Below are positions 1 through 11,569 of a DNA stretch of 64,000 bases, piece after piece. The notes under the pieces are model-generated. The model did no database searches. It saw nothing but the letters and a program-made list of their open reading frames with translations, and was not told where the DNA came from. Position numbers and translations under genes: made by a program. Positions within the stretch are counted from its first letter, which is position 1; every line of letters begins with the position of its first letter. The stretch is from Octopus vulgaris (taxonomy: Eukaryota), in contig OX597826.1 in the NCBI GenBank assembly GCA_951406725.2, positions 31,372,001 to 31,436,000 on the forward strand, given 5' to 3'.

Positions 1-13
1 TAAAATGTACCAT

Positions 14-305
14 CCAAACGTGGTTGATGCCAGTGTCCACTGACTGGCTCTTGTGCAGGTGGCACGTAAAAAGCACTATCCAAACATGAATGATGCCAGG
101 CCCACCTGACTGACTCCTGTTCCAGTGGCACGTAAAAAGCACCCACTACACTCTCAGAGTGGTTGGCGTTAGGAAGGGCATCCAGCTGTAGAAACATTGC
201 CAAATCAGATTGGAGCCTGTTGCAGCCACTGGCTTTCCAGATCTCAGTCAAACCGTCCAACCCATGCCAGCATGGAAAATCGACATTAAACGATGATGAT
301 GATGT
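14..305 (+). mobile_element. SINE-like repeat family A (tandem internal module, GGTTGGCGTTAGGAAGGGCATCC block, (TGA)n tail)
   Basis: Related copies near 430-610, 5400-5662, 54062-54265 (-), 55118-55434, 56400-56628 and 62230-62365. Confidence 0.75.
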
Positions 306-619
306 TTCTAAATTTGTGAACACCTAATAATTAAAATGGAAAAGTTATCAGAAAACTGATTTCTACTTGTTTTTCAAATATATGATCTGCACCATTTCTA
401 ATTCTATTATGTGGTGAAATGTAAAAGTGCCTGTGTGGTGGCACATGAAAGTATCCAGCACAATCTGCAAAGTAGTTGGCATGTTAGGAAGGGCATCCAG
501 CCATAGAAAACATGCTAAATCAGACTGGAGTCTGGTGCAGCTTCCAAGTTTGCCAGCCCTGGTCACACCATCCCACCCATGTCAGCATGGACAATAGCTG
601 ATAATGATATATATGTAGA

Positions 620-825
620 TGGCGAGCTGGCAGAAAAGTTAGCACGCCGGGCGGTATTTCGTCTGCCGTTACGTTCTGAGTTCAAATTCCGCCAAGGTCA
701 AGTTTCGGGGGTCAATTAAATAAGTACCAGTTACGCACTGGGGTCGATACAATTGACTTAATCCCGTTTGTCTGTCCTTGTTTGTTCTCTCTGTGTTTAA
801 CCCCTTGTGGGTAGTAAAGAAATAG
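620..825 (+). mobile_element. tRNA-derived SINE (Nin-like domain family)
   Basis: GGCGAGCTGGCAGAA head and GAGTTCAAATTCC B box. Copies at 20365-20908, 21905-22295, 37740-37940, 38952-39370 and 51466-51604. Confidence 0.75.
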
Positions 826-1122
826 ATATATATGTGACAGAATACAATTTAACCTCTCTACTTCCAAAAAGTCATGTATAGTGCATACCAGTATGACACT
901 GCTCAAGTGTACACTGAGATCTGCGCCTGCATCATGCTTCACTCTGATGGCACATATATTTATTATATGTCTTTCAAGATTTATTGAACTGTAGTCAACA
1001 TTTCAAATCAATTCAATGAGTTTCTCTTCAAAGCCAAACAATCTGATTTCAATCAAAAAGAATCTTCTAAATTCAAAATTTAAAACACATTTTCTAACAG
1101 AGACATTGTCAAAGACACTTAC

Positions 1123-1501
1123 CAATTTTCGATTTTGCCTGTTTCTGAGTTACACTTGATGTTGTTTTAGCTTTTGTGGAAGGCAGTGTCCTAGTAGTTG
1201 CTCTGGTGGCTGCTTTGCTGTTATTGGTTTGCCTGGTGACTCTAGTTTGTGTAGTCAATGGTACTTTCTTGCTCTCACTTGCTGCCGTAAGCCGAGCTGG
1301 CTGCCTTTTGGTGGGTCCTTTTTTCTCTGGTAAAACCAAAGACGAAGTTTTCGGCTTGTGGGCAACATCAGCTTGGCGAGTTGTAGCTCTGGTTGTTGCA
1401 CGTGTAGCAGCAGTAGTTGTAGCAGTAGTGGTAGATCTAGTGGTAGCAGTGGCTGCTCTTGTTTTGCGGGGAGGTTCCGCAACTGGCACAGTAGTTTTCA
1501 C
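1123..1501 (-). CDS. DLGAP5: DLGAP5/HURP-like, coding exon 3 (basic T/R/A-rich linker); gene continues past the window start
   Basis: CAG acceptor in phase 0, GTAAGT donor at 1122. Open frame VKTTVPVAEPPRKTRAATATTRS... rich in TR/TRS motifs. Confidence 0.75.
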
Positions 1502-1557
1502 CTGTTTCTTTATAAAATAAATAAATAAAATTAAGCTTTTTTTCTTTTTATATAAAA

Positions 1558-3234
1558 CTAGCAGAGATACCTGGCATTGCCAGTGTTACATGCAATTGAA
1601 GAATTAGACTTTTCTGTTATATTTTCTGTAATGAACTGGAATACCTATGATTTGAATTTCATCAAAATTGCAGGTGAGGTTATTTCCCTCTTTACACACC
1701 CTAAAAACATTGTAATCATGACACATGTATCCCATACTACTGATTTTTATGTGTATATTCCAAAATTCCAGTCTTATAGAACATGTTAAAAGGATTTTGC
1801 TCCTGAAAAATGGAGGTCATGGAGGTCATGAAGCTCTAAAATGTGAGAGTTAAGGCCTCTGTTGGGAGTGGGTGTCTTAATGTCAACCAGAGAAGTTGAA
1901 TTGTTGAGAATCTTTTTAACTTGGGTCTTATATCTATTGTTTGAATTTCTTTGAAATAGGAAATATATGTTCACTGGATTTGTAAAAGAGAGCAAAGCTA
2001 CAGGAAATGAAAAGACGAATGATCACAATAAGCAGTCAGCTACCCTACCCAAGTCGTTACCACTCCCAATGTAGGATTCCTCACCATCCAGGTGACAGGT
2101 ACAGCCGTAAGATGCATTATGATTCTATAGCAATTGGAAGGGCGTGACCCAACTGAAATAAACATTAACAACTGTGTGATGTGAGGGCTAAGGAGAAATG
2201 AAAGTGTCACCTCTGGAGTTTATAAATGACCACTATACTGATACGTAACTGGACAGAATAAATTTACAATCTATGAATGTCTTTGAATAACCAGTCACTC
2301 ATCTGGGAAGGCCTTGAAATCAATGTTACCATCTGGGGATTATGTGTGACCCAGTGATAATAAAGACTGAAAGGAGGTCTGCAACCAAATAACTTTACTC
2401 AACACTTTGCAACTGAATCAGTGGAGGAAAATATGCCTCTCATTTACTTGACAATTTATGCATCACATTGCAGAAATCACAATGTAAGTGTATGTCAAAG
2501 CAAACTCTTACACTGTTGTACCACCGAATTATAAATAATGCTCATCTTTTATGCTCAGGTGACCCTACAGCTTCCAAGAGTACAACTTGTCTTTGCTGAG
2601 ATAAAATGACTAAATTGTGGGTGTTAAGTCTCAATGAAGGGGTCTTTCTAACTTGTAAGATGAAATTTTATAAATATTACTTCATCTGTGTCTAATATCT
2701 ATGGTTAAAATTTCATCATCAACAAAAATATATGAATTGTCACGGGAGTTATGGCCCTTATGCATAGAATATAATTTCCAAATTTCGTGAAGATCCATTC
2801 AGTACTTTTGACCTGGTTTTGGATCATAAAAGAAATGACTAAAATTTGTTAAAGCCCCCATTAGGGTGTCTTAGAATCCTCATGAGAAGTAGAAACTTTG
2901 AGAATACTTCTTGATGTGTGTCAATTACCCATGGTTGAAATTTCATCAACATCAAAAATCTATGAATTTTCATGGAGGTTCTGCCCCCTTTAAGCCATCT
3001 GAAATTCAAACTAAACATATTGCATTATTCCCACCCTTATGCATTGAATCTAAGTTCCAAATATCATAAGAATCCATTCAGTAATTTTGGTCCATGAAAT
3101 TGTATGAAACACATAGCATTATCCTTCTCCCTAGGCTTGGATTTTTGTGTTCCAAATTTCATTAGCAGCAGTGTTTTTGGATGTAGAAGTAACACACAAA
3201 ACACACATAAAGACATTGACTTTGATATAATAGA
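1558..3234 (-). mobile_element. Non-autonomous or decayed Helitron in DLGAP5 intron 2
   Basis: On the minus strand: A|TCTATTATAT 5' end, subterminal hairpin CTGGCAATGCCAG, CTAG|T 3' end. Confidence 0.6.
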
Positions 3235-3262
3235 TATTAATATGCACATATACATACATGTG

Positions 3263-3294
<32 letters not shown>

Positions 3295-3783
3295 AAAAAA
3301 AAGATAAATTGGTAGATACAACTGAGTGGGCAAAGAAAAATATGAGACACTGCCTAGTGCTTTTTTTTATTTTGAAAAGCCTGGTACTTATTCTATCAGT
3401 TTCTTCTTGTCAAACCAGTAAGCTATGGGGATGTAAATAAACGAACAGCAGTTGTGAAGCAGTGATAAGGGAGAAACAGAGACAAAGACACACACACATT
3501 TACATATATATATATATATATATATATATACGATTGATTTCTTTCAGTTTCTGTCTACAAAATCCACTGACAAGGCTTTGGTTGGTCTGAGGCTATAGCA
3601 GAAGACACATGCCAAGTCACCACACCGTGGGACTGAACACAGGACCATGTGTTTTGGAACCAAGTTTGTTACCTCACAGCCACACTTGCACCCATATATA
3701 TGTATGCATGTATATATGTGTACATATTACATGTACATCTATATATATTATACATCTATATCTATAGAAATACATCTATACAT

Positions 3784-3827
<44 letters not shown>

Positions 3828-4010
3828 CTCTCTCTCTTTCGGAGAGGCACTGAGCAGCTATATGCACACATACACACACGGCAGTAACTCCCGCCTACCA
3901 AATTCAATCACAAAGCTCCGGTTGGCTCGGGGCTATAGCGGAAGACACCTACTCAAAGTGCCATGCAGTTAGGAAGCAAGCTCCCTAACCACACAGCCAT
4001 GCCCGCGCCT

Positions 4011-4240
4011 ACATATATATATATATATGCATGTATATAGATACATATATATACATTTATATATATATGCATGTATATAGATACATCTATATATATACAT
4101 TTATATATATATGCATGTATATAGATACATCTATATATATACATTTATATATATATATATATATATGCATGTATATAGATACATCTATATATATACATTT
4201 TTATATATATATATATGCATGCATATAGATACATCTATAT
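4011..4240. repeat. AT-rich minisatellite (GCATGTATATAGATACATCTATAT... units)
   Basis: About 5 imperfect tandem units within (TA)n. Confidence 0.85.
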
Positions 4241-4536
4241 ACAAACATCGCTTCTGTATATTTACTTATTCACATTTCAAAGTCCATCTTTACTGATGTT
4301 GTTGTTGTTGAGTGTTGCTAACAAGCTGTTTTTCATACTAAATTTAAAATTGTTTTGGAAATTGATATTTAACCCTTTAGTTTTTAAACTTGGTACATGT
4401 GACCTCTCGCATCCAACCTACAATGTCACTCTAAAACAATCACACCGCTGAAATCTTGAAGCTAATGGATGATTAATTCTAAGCAATGTAAATAAATAGG
4501 TATTTCAATAAAGAAAAAGCTTAAAATAGTTGCTAC

Positions 4537-4700
4537 CTTCTGTAATTTCTGCTCCCATTTCATATCGAAGGCAGACTTAGCAGGTTGTCGGCTGACTGTC
4601 ACAACAAAGGGCCTACACTTTGCCTTCTCCAATGCCGCCTGCTTCCGTTGCAGCTCTTTCTCTTCCTTCCATTTCTGCAGCATTTTCAACCGTTCATTGC
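4537..4700 (-). CDS. DLGAP5: DLGAP5/HURP-like, coding exon 2
   Basis: TAG acceptor and GTAGCA donor. NERLKMLQKWKEEKELQRKQAALEKAKCRPFVV resembles the recalled human HURP motif QRKQMLQKYKEEKQLQKLKEQREKAKRGIFKV. Phase 1 in, phase 0 out. Confidence 0.85.
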
Positions 4701-5018
4701 CTATATAATAATAATAATAATAATGAGAAGAATCCATGAAAAGATCTTATGAAAGAAAAAGATGTCAGGCAAAATTTGCAGATAAGGACTACTAGACTAA
4801 AATAGCCACAGCTGTCACTCACCAATAACTATGAGCTGGTAAAATGTACCATGGTTTTGTTAATTGCTTTAGGTGCCTATTAAGTTATGAGCAGACACAG
4901 ACACTCCTCATCAGCTCTTCTACCCCAGGTCTTGTGGAGAACTGAGGATGTGACAACTAAAGAGAGAGAGAGCAGAAGCTCTAAGTTGGTATTCATTTAA
5001 AGTTGAGAAGTCTGGAGA

Positions 5019-5133
5019 CATCATCATCATCAGCTTCACACACGAAGATCAGGAAGGTTGTCCACGCCGCGTGCATGCACGCTCATGACTGACAAGTCCG
5101 ATATGGGAAAGGCAGGTCCGCGCCTTCCTCAAG
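5019..5133 (-). mobile_element. 5'-truncated RTE/BovB-like LINE 3' end
   Basis: 24-bp TSD ATTTAAAGTTGAGAAGTCTGGAGA (4995-5018 and 5134-5157). Encodes CLSHIGLVSHERAC (RTE C-terminal zinc-finger-like motif). (TGA)n tail. Confidence 0.85.
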
Positions 5134-6195
5134 ATTTAAAGTTGAGAAGTCTGGAGAAATGTGAAATGAATTACCTTGTTCAAGGACACTTCACACACTG
5201 CGCAGTCCAGGAACTGAAACTACAACCTTTTGGTTATGACCCAAACAATCTAGCCACTAAGCCATATGACATCACAGGACAAGATTAAGACATATAATCC
5301 ACCAGCATTTCTGCCTGTTGTGATAAAAAAAATGTCAGCTCCAAATGCAATCCTTTAATATTTTTTAAAAGACACATACTATCAGTAACCATAGTCAGTG
5401 TACATACCAGTGGCACATTAAGGGCACCATTCGAGCGTGGTTGATGCCAATACCACCAGACTGGCCCTCGTACTGGTGACATAAAAAGCACTCACTACAC
5501 TGTCAGAGTGGTTGGATTTAGGAAGGGCATCCAGCTGTAGAAACTTTTCCCAGATCAGACTGGAGCTTGGTGCAGCCTTCTGGCTTGCCAGCCCTCAGTC
5601 AAACCAACCAATCCATGCCAGCATGGAAAGCGGACGTTAAACGACGACAGTGATGATGATGATATACCTATACATATATATATTTGTATGTGTGTATGTA
5701 TGTATAAGTGTTTGTATGTTGTCTGAACTCCTGATAGTCGTAAATAAGTTTACTGTTATGCAACTAGGATCATTCTTTTCCAGTATACTGTGAAGACATG
5801 TCTGACTCTGAGGAAATGTTACTGTTCTTGGAAAATGGTGAGGGTTGGTAACAAGAAGGGCACCAGACTGTAGAAAATTTGCTTCAATAACTTCCATTCA
5901 ACCCACACAAGCATGGAGAAGTGGACAACAAATGATGATGATGATGATGATTTATGTTACCTTTCTTTGCCAATGCCAATCACTAAGATCATCAGCAGGT
6001 GCAAAAGCTTTGAAATCCCGTTTATGGCCAACCCCACAGACTTTCAGCCAACTGTAGTTTGAAGATATTTTCAAAGAACTTCTCAACATGTACGCAAATT
6101 AATCTCCCACAAGATAGAATACCAGCTCTATCTAAAGTAGCCTTCTCATAGTGAACTACCACCTATTTCTGGTATTTTACGAGGAATTTGTAGAC

Positions 6196-6461
6196 CAGTG
6201 ATCTTCCACTATTTTCTACTCCTATGGACCCTGTTGATTCCTATTTTGCTGAGGTGGACCCTCAGAGCCATCCCAGGTTTTAAAAAAAGAGCCTATTGTA
6301 TTTTTATAATTAAATATTATTAATAATTATATATAAAAAAAAAATTGTTAAAATATTTCATGTATTGTAGACATGTATCAAATTTCTTGCATTGAAACTT
6401 TAACAACAAAATCTTATATGGATCCCCAAAGGTCATATGAACCCTGGTTGAGAAACCATTG
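6196..6461. mobile_element. hAT-type MITE
   Basis: CAGTG...CATTG termini, 8-bp TSD (T/C)TGTAGAC, homologous to 10206-11175. Confidence 0.7.
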
Positions 6462-6705
6462 CTGTAGACCAAGATGTTATACAACGCATCACTGAACTTT
6501 TACAGAAACTGATGGACTGAGTGCTTAATCTTTTAGCACTTGAACCAGTTGTATCCAGCCAAAATATTATTCAACTTGTTTTCAGTTAAAACCGACCAGA
6601 TCCAGCCTCTCACAGCAATAAATTGGACAAAGAGATCTGAATGTTAAATGGTTAGAACCAAATAAAATAGACGCAGGAGTGGCTGTGTGGTAAGTAGCTT
6701 GCTAA

Positions 6706-8719
6706 GTCTGCGCAGGCATAGTATTTGGCTCAGCGTTGAGCGCCCATGTCTGAATCCATTTTGGTTCTTTCGGAGCAAAGGTTCAACAAAAAGGACAAGA
6801 CGATTTAGGATCAGTTTGTTGTACAGTTTTGCAGCAATTGACATTAGAGATATGCCCCTGTAGTTGGTGACGAGGGACAAATCGCCTTTTTTGGGTATTG
6901 GAATGATTTGAGACTGGTGCCAAATCTTTGGAGCGACAAAGGTGGAAAGTGTGTGGTTGCAGAGGTTAAGCAAAAGTGTGTGAAATCTATCATCCTTCCA
7001 AATCACAGCCGGAATGTTGTCGGGACCAAATGCTTTCGAGGCTTTTAGTTGCTTGGTGGCTGCTGTTAGTTCAAATATGGTAAAAGGGGAGGTGTTGATG
7101 TCCAGCGTGTCTGATATAGGCACACTTGGGAGAGTGGGGTTATCAGGGATTTTGGCATTCTTCCCAAGGAGGTTTTTAAAATGGGTTGACCAATTTTCTA
7201 AACGCTTCTTAGCTGATCCCCCTTTAATTCTAATTGATGACCCAGAATTTTTGCCTGATAGGTCTTTGATGGATTTCCAGGCGAGATGGTGTTTTTTACT
7301 AATGTGCTCTTTCGATAGTTTACTAATTTTGCCATTGATAAATTCGACCTCGGCGTTCAAGTAAGCCTCATCAAGATTCTTCCTGGCAGCTATGAGTTGG
7401 ATCTTCAGTGACTGGGATGGAGAACGGTGGTAAGCTAGTGATATAGACTTTAGATGGTTTCTGGCTTCGATGACATTTGGGGAATTAGAAGGTTTGCTCT
7501 GGCCCCTACTCTTCCTTTTGGGAAGAGTAGCCAGTGCAACTTCCTCTGTTGATTTGATGAGGCTGCTGTATACTTCCTCAATGTTCTCAGCATCTATTTC
7601 AGAAGTAGACAGAGATTGAAATTTGTTATAGACCTCGATAGTAAATTGTTTGGACATATCGGGGTTAGATAAGACTTCCTTCCAGTCGATCATTTTGATC
7701 GGGTGAGGCTTAGTTTTTTTGGATGAGCGAAGACTAAGCTTAACGGTAGCTGATACAATTCTGTGGTCAGAGCCGACAGAACTAAAGGAAGAGTAGGATC
7801 TCGAGTCCTTAACACTATTGCGCCATTTCTTTCGAAAGATGAGGTAGTCAATTTGTGTCCTATCACCAAGTGGGGACTCAAATGTCCAAAGTTGACCTTT
7901 TGGTTTCATAAAAGAATTGTTGGAGGTGTAGAGATTAAATTCCTCCAAGAAGTCTTTGAGCATTTCTCCGTTCCGATTGGTTTTAGAGTTGAAAGTAAAC
8001 TTGCTCTCATCGGGTCCTAGTCTAGCATTCAGATCACCAGCTATAACCAGAAAATTATGGAGAGGTACTTGCTCAATGGTTGAACGAAGGGTTGTATAGA
8101 AATTTTCAATTTCGTCTGCCACAGACGAATTATGTGGGCTATACACACATACCAATGTTGTTTTTGGGTTTCCATCTATCTCAAGCACCATAATTCTAGG
8201 TGAGATTGACTCTATACTCAAGAGAGTATCACTAGCCTTTGATGAAAGTAGAAATCCGATACCTCCAACTGTTGAATTAACAGTATTCTTTGATGCTGAG
8301 GAGGTTACAAGTTGATAAGAACCGACTTGATGGTATTTGAGGATGTTGTCAGGGTGGTAAAATCGGTGTTCTTGGACAGCTATTATATCAATGCCATGTG
8401 ATTCTGCATTTGCACCAAGTTCTTCTAGACGGCCAAGAGAGCCGAGGGTGCGGGCATTGAGGGTGCTGAGTATCGTATGATTTTTACAGCTGATGAGGTG
8501 TTTGTTTGGTGTTGTTTGGTTGGGGGCTGACTCTTCTCCATCAGGTGATACCCGTCTGTTAAGATTGAGGGCATCACCGTCAATGGATGCCCTTGGAGGT
8601 GCAACATGATCAGAGACAGGACCCGGCAAAGCAGGGGCTGGACCTACATCCGCAGGTATACCATTAGGTCTGGTTCCCTGGGGAAGAGGAACCCTGGTGC
8701 AGTTAATTGTAAATTCCAT
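6706..8719 (-). pseudogene. RTE LINE ORF, 5' part (APE endonuclease and start of RT), truncated by the inversion
   Basis: Motifs TLNARTL, IAVQEHR, IAGDLNA, QIDY, SDH, GPDNIP, NYRGISL, QNGFRHGRST. The last 20 codons of the listed 691-aa ORF are read-through into flanking DNA. Confidence 0.9.
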
Positions 8720-8908
8720 AGTCTTTTCAAATGGCTAATAATGTGTGCGCGCGCCACTACTACACACATTGGAAAGCATTGTACAACCAAGTACTAAAGA
8801 AGATCTTTCCTCCTCCATGAAACAAAGCTGTTCCCGCTGGACGTCAACCCAGTACTTCTAAGCTACGGGCTGAGTGATTTATTGTAAGGTTATCTCCCTA
8901 GATAGGTT

Positions 8909-9664
8909 GCCTTTGCTGACGACATCGCTCTTATCAGTGATTCTCTCTCCAATGCCCAGTCTCTTTTACAATCTCTTGAACAAGCCTCAAATTGTGTAGG
9001 TCTTTACCTTAATGAGACCAAAACTGAATACATAAACAAGTGCCTGTCCAACAGTGATTGCATCATCCACACTCTCAACAGTGCACCTTTAAATATAGTT
9101 TCTGATTATAAATATCTTGGGTCATACATATCATCATCTGGAAAAGACTTTCTAACTAGAAAGGGTATGGCCTGGTCAGCCTGTAATGACATGCATAAGA
9201 TCTGGTCATCAAATCTAAGTAGAGACTTCAAACTTGAAATATTCAAAGCCACAGTCGAACCAATCCTACTATATGGCTCAGAAACCTGGACGTTATCAAA
9301 GAAGCTTGAGAGGCGGTTGGATGGAACCTACACTCGCCTCCTTATGAGAGCTCAAAATCTCTCGTGGAGGCGCCATCCAACTAAAATGCAAATATATGGG
9401 AAATTACCACCTGTGTCATCTCTTGTGAAGGGTAGGAGAGTCCAGTTTGCTGGACATTGTTGTAGAGCTGAAAAAGAAGTAATTTCTACTCTTCTCCTCT
9501 GGAAGCCATCTACTCGCAACACCAGAGGGCGCACACTCTCCTACCCTGATGTAATCTCCAGGGATACAGGCATCCAGCAACAGGACCTCCGTAATGCTAT
9601 GATGGACCGTGAAGTCTGGCGCAACATGGTAAATTCCATTGTCTCGACCACGGTCGAACAATGA
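8909..9664 (+). pseudogene. RTE LINE ORF, 3' part (RT catalytic FADD to C-terminus)
   Basis: Uninterrupted frame AFADDIALI...YKYLGS...EPILLYGSETWTL...FAGHCCR. Confidence 0.9.
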
Positions 9665-9669
9665 TGATG

Positions 9670-10010
9670 AGCTTGCTAAACAACCACATGGTTCCGGGTT
9701 CAGTCCCACTGCGTGGCATCTTGGGCAAGTGTCTTCTGCTATAGCCCCGGGCCGACCAATGCCTTGTGAGTGGATTTGGTAGACGGAAACTGAAAGAAGC
9801 CTGTCGTATATATGTATCTGTGTGTGTTTGTCCCCCTAGCATTGCTTGACAACCGATGCTGGTGTGTTTACGTCCCCATCACTTAGCGGTTCGGCAAAAG
9901 AGACTGATAGAATAAGTACTGGGCTTACAAAGAATAAGTCCCGGGGTCGATTTGCTCGACTAAAGGCGGTGCTCCAACATGGCCACAGTCAAATGACTGA
10001 AACAAGTAAA
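9670..10010 (+). mobile_element. tRNA-derived SINE family B (remainder; head at 6675-6705, split by the RTE LINE)
   Basis: Nearly identical to the intact copy at 39520-39945. Confidence 0.9.
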
Positions 10011-10205
10011 ATAGACAAGGCATAAAAAAAAACTCACTTTAATATGATGCCTTCAGTGGGTTATTCCATAATAATAATACAATAAGACATCAACCCAGAC
10101 CTTATAAGCCATTGTAATAACTTGAAAGCCGCTTATCCACTCTGAAGGTAAATGGTTAACTGTTTTCTGTTCAGCAAGCTGAACAGGAACCTGGTTTGTC
10201 TAAAG

Positions 10206-11175
10206 CAGTGTTTCTCAACCATTTTTCTACCTATGGTTCCCTATTTTACTCAGGTGGATCCCTATAAACATTTAATTTGATGTTTTAAAAAAATCAGATT
10301 CCATTTTCATAATTAAATATTATAAGGAACTGTATTAAGAGAAGTGTTTAAATATTTCAAGAATTGTAGAAGAGTAAACCAATTTATTCTTTTACTTGTT
10401 TCAATCATTTAACTGTGGCCATGCTGGAGCACCACTTTTAGTCAAACAAATCGACCCCAGGACTTATTCTTTGTAAGCCTAGTACTTATTCTATTGGTCT
10501 CTTTTGCCGAACCGCTAAGATACGGGAACGTAAACACACCAGCATCTGTTGTCAAATCATGTTGGGGGACAAACACAGACACACAAACATATCTCTCTCT
10601 ATATAAACGGCAGTTTGTCTGTGCGTGTTTCTGTGTGTCTGTTTGTTTGTACCCTCACTCTGACCACGGCTTTCAACCGATTCTGATGAAACTTGACACA
10701 CACATAGCCCAATGTCATAATTCAAAACTAACGCAGCGAAAATTTTGAAAAGTTCCCCCAGTTCAGAAAAAGATCGATAAATTCGACATGGGGTCAACAA
10801 TCAGAAACACAAACCGCAGATGGTGTAGGGGACGCAACTCGGCCTTTTTAACTATCAAAAAAAAATTTACCATAATTTTTTTCCCAATTTTTTGGCTATA
10901 ACTCTCTAAAAGTGCTTTATAGTTATTTCCTTTACAAACCCGAGCAACGCCGGGCGATACTGCTAGTATATATATATATACGACATGCTTCTTCCACTTT
11001 CTGTCTACCAAATCCACTCAGAAGGCTTTGGTCAGCCTGAGGCTATAATAGAAGACACTTGCCCAAGGTGCCAGGCAGTGAGACTGAACCTGGAACCATG
11101 TGGTTTGTAAACAAGCTACTTACCACCTCATAAATTTTAACAAAATCTTACATGGAGTCTAGTTGAGAACTACTG
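10206..11175. mobile_element. hAT MITE containing a nested SINE B (-), which itself contains a Helitron
   Basis: CAGTGTTTCTCAAC / GTTGAGAACTACTG TIRs, TSD GTCTAAAG, SINE at about 10390-11128. Confidence 0.85.
10592..10966 (+). mobile_element. Non-autonomous Helitron
   Basis: A|TC start, CCCGAGCAACGCCGGG hairpin, CTAG|T end. The 3' end is shared with the copies at 51952-52907. Confidence 0.8.
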
Positions 11176-11260
11176 GTCTAAAGAGAACCCAGTAAAGTTA
11201 GAACCAATAACTGTGAGGTAAGCAAGGTCAAAAACTTCCAACGACCATCACATCCCACTC

Positions 11261-11477
11261 ACCCTATAGCATTCAGATTTCCCTGTCAAATGTAATGTTT
11301 ACTCATTCACACTGATTTGCATTAGTCATCTCACAGCTTTGAGATTTCAATGATGTGATTGTTAATGTTTAGAATAATATTGTATGGTCGTGTGAGAGAC
11401 TGGATCTGGCCAGTTTGAACTTAAAACTGGTTGAATATTTTGACCGGATATGGCTGGCTTAAATGCTAAAGGGTTAA
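11261..11477. mobile_element. TTAA-flanked MITE (piggyBac-like CCC termini)
   Basis: ACCCTATAGCATT...AATGCTAAAGGGTTAA. Relatives at about 4369-4500, 55066-55607 (split by SINE A) and 57380-57930. Confidence 0.6.
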
Positions 11478-11569
11478 TACAGCAAAACTAAGAATAATAA
11501 TAATAATAAAAAAAAAGTAAAAGTGTTTCATAAATGTCTTTCATTTAATCATATTGTATACATGTCAGA

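Larger units (their letters stand above)
6706..9669. mobile_element. RTE-clade LINE with inverted 5' portion, inserted in a SINE
   Basis: TSD AGCTTGCTAA (6696-6705 and 9670-9679). 5'UTR, APE endonuclease and N-terminal RT on the minus strand (6706-~8910). FADD to C-terminus plus (TGA)n tail on the plus strand. Confidence 0.92.

Noticed and set aside
2440-2600. Faint helicase-motif-like remnants inside the Helitron
   Set aside because: Too degenerate to call by eye and apparently opposite to the orientation implied by the termini.
8760-8912. HDV-like ribozyme at the RTE 5' end (GGCAACC...CTAGG motif)
   Set aside because: The sequence is cut at the inversion junction and I could not build the nested double pseudoknot.
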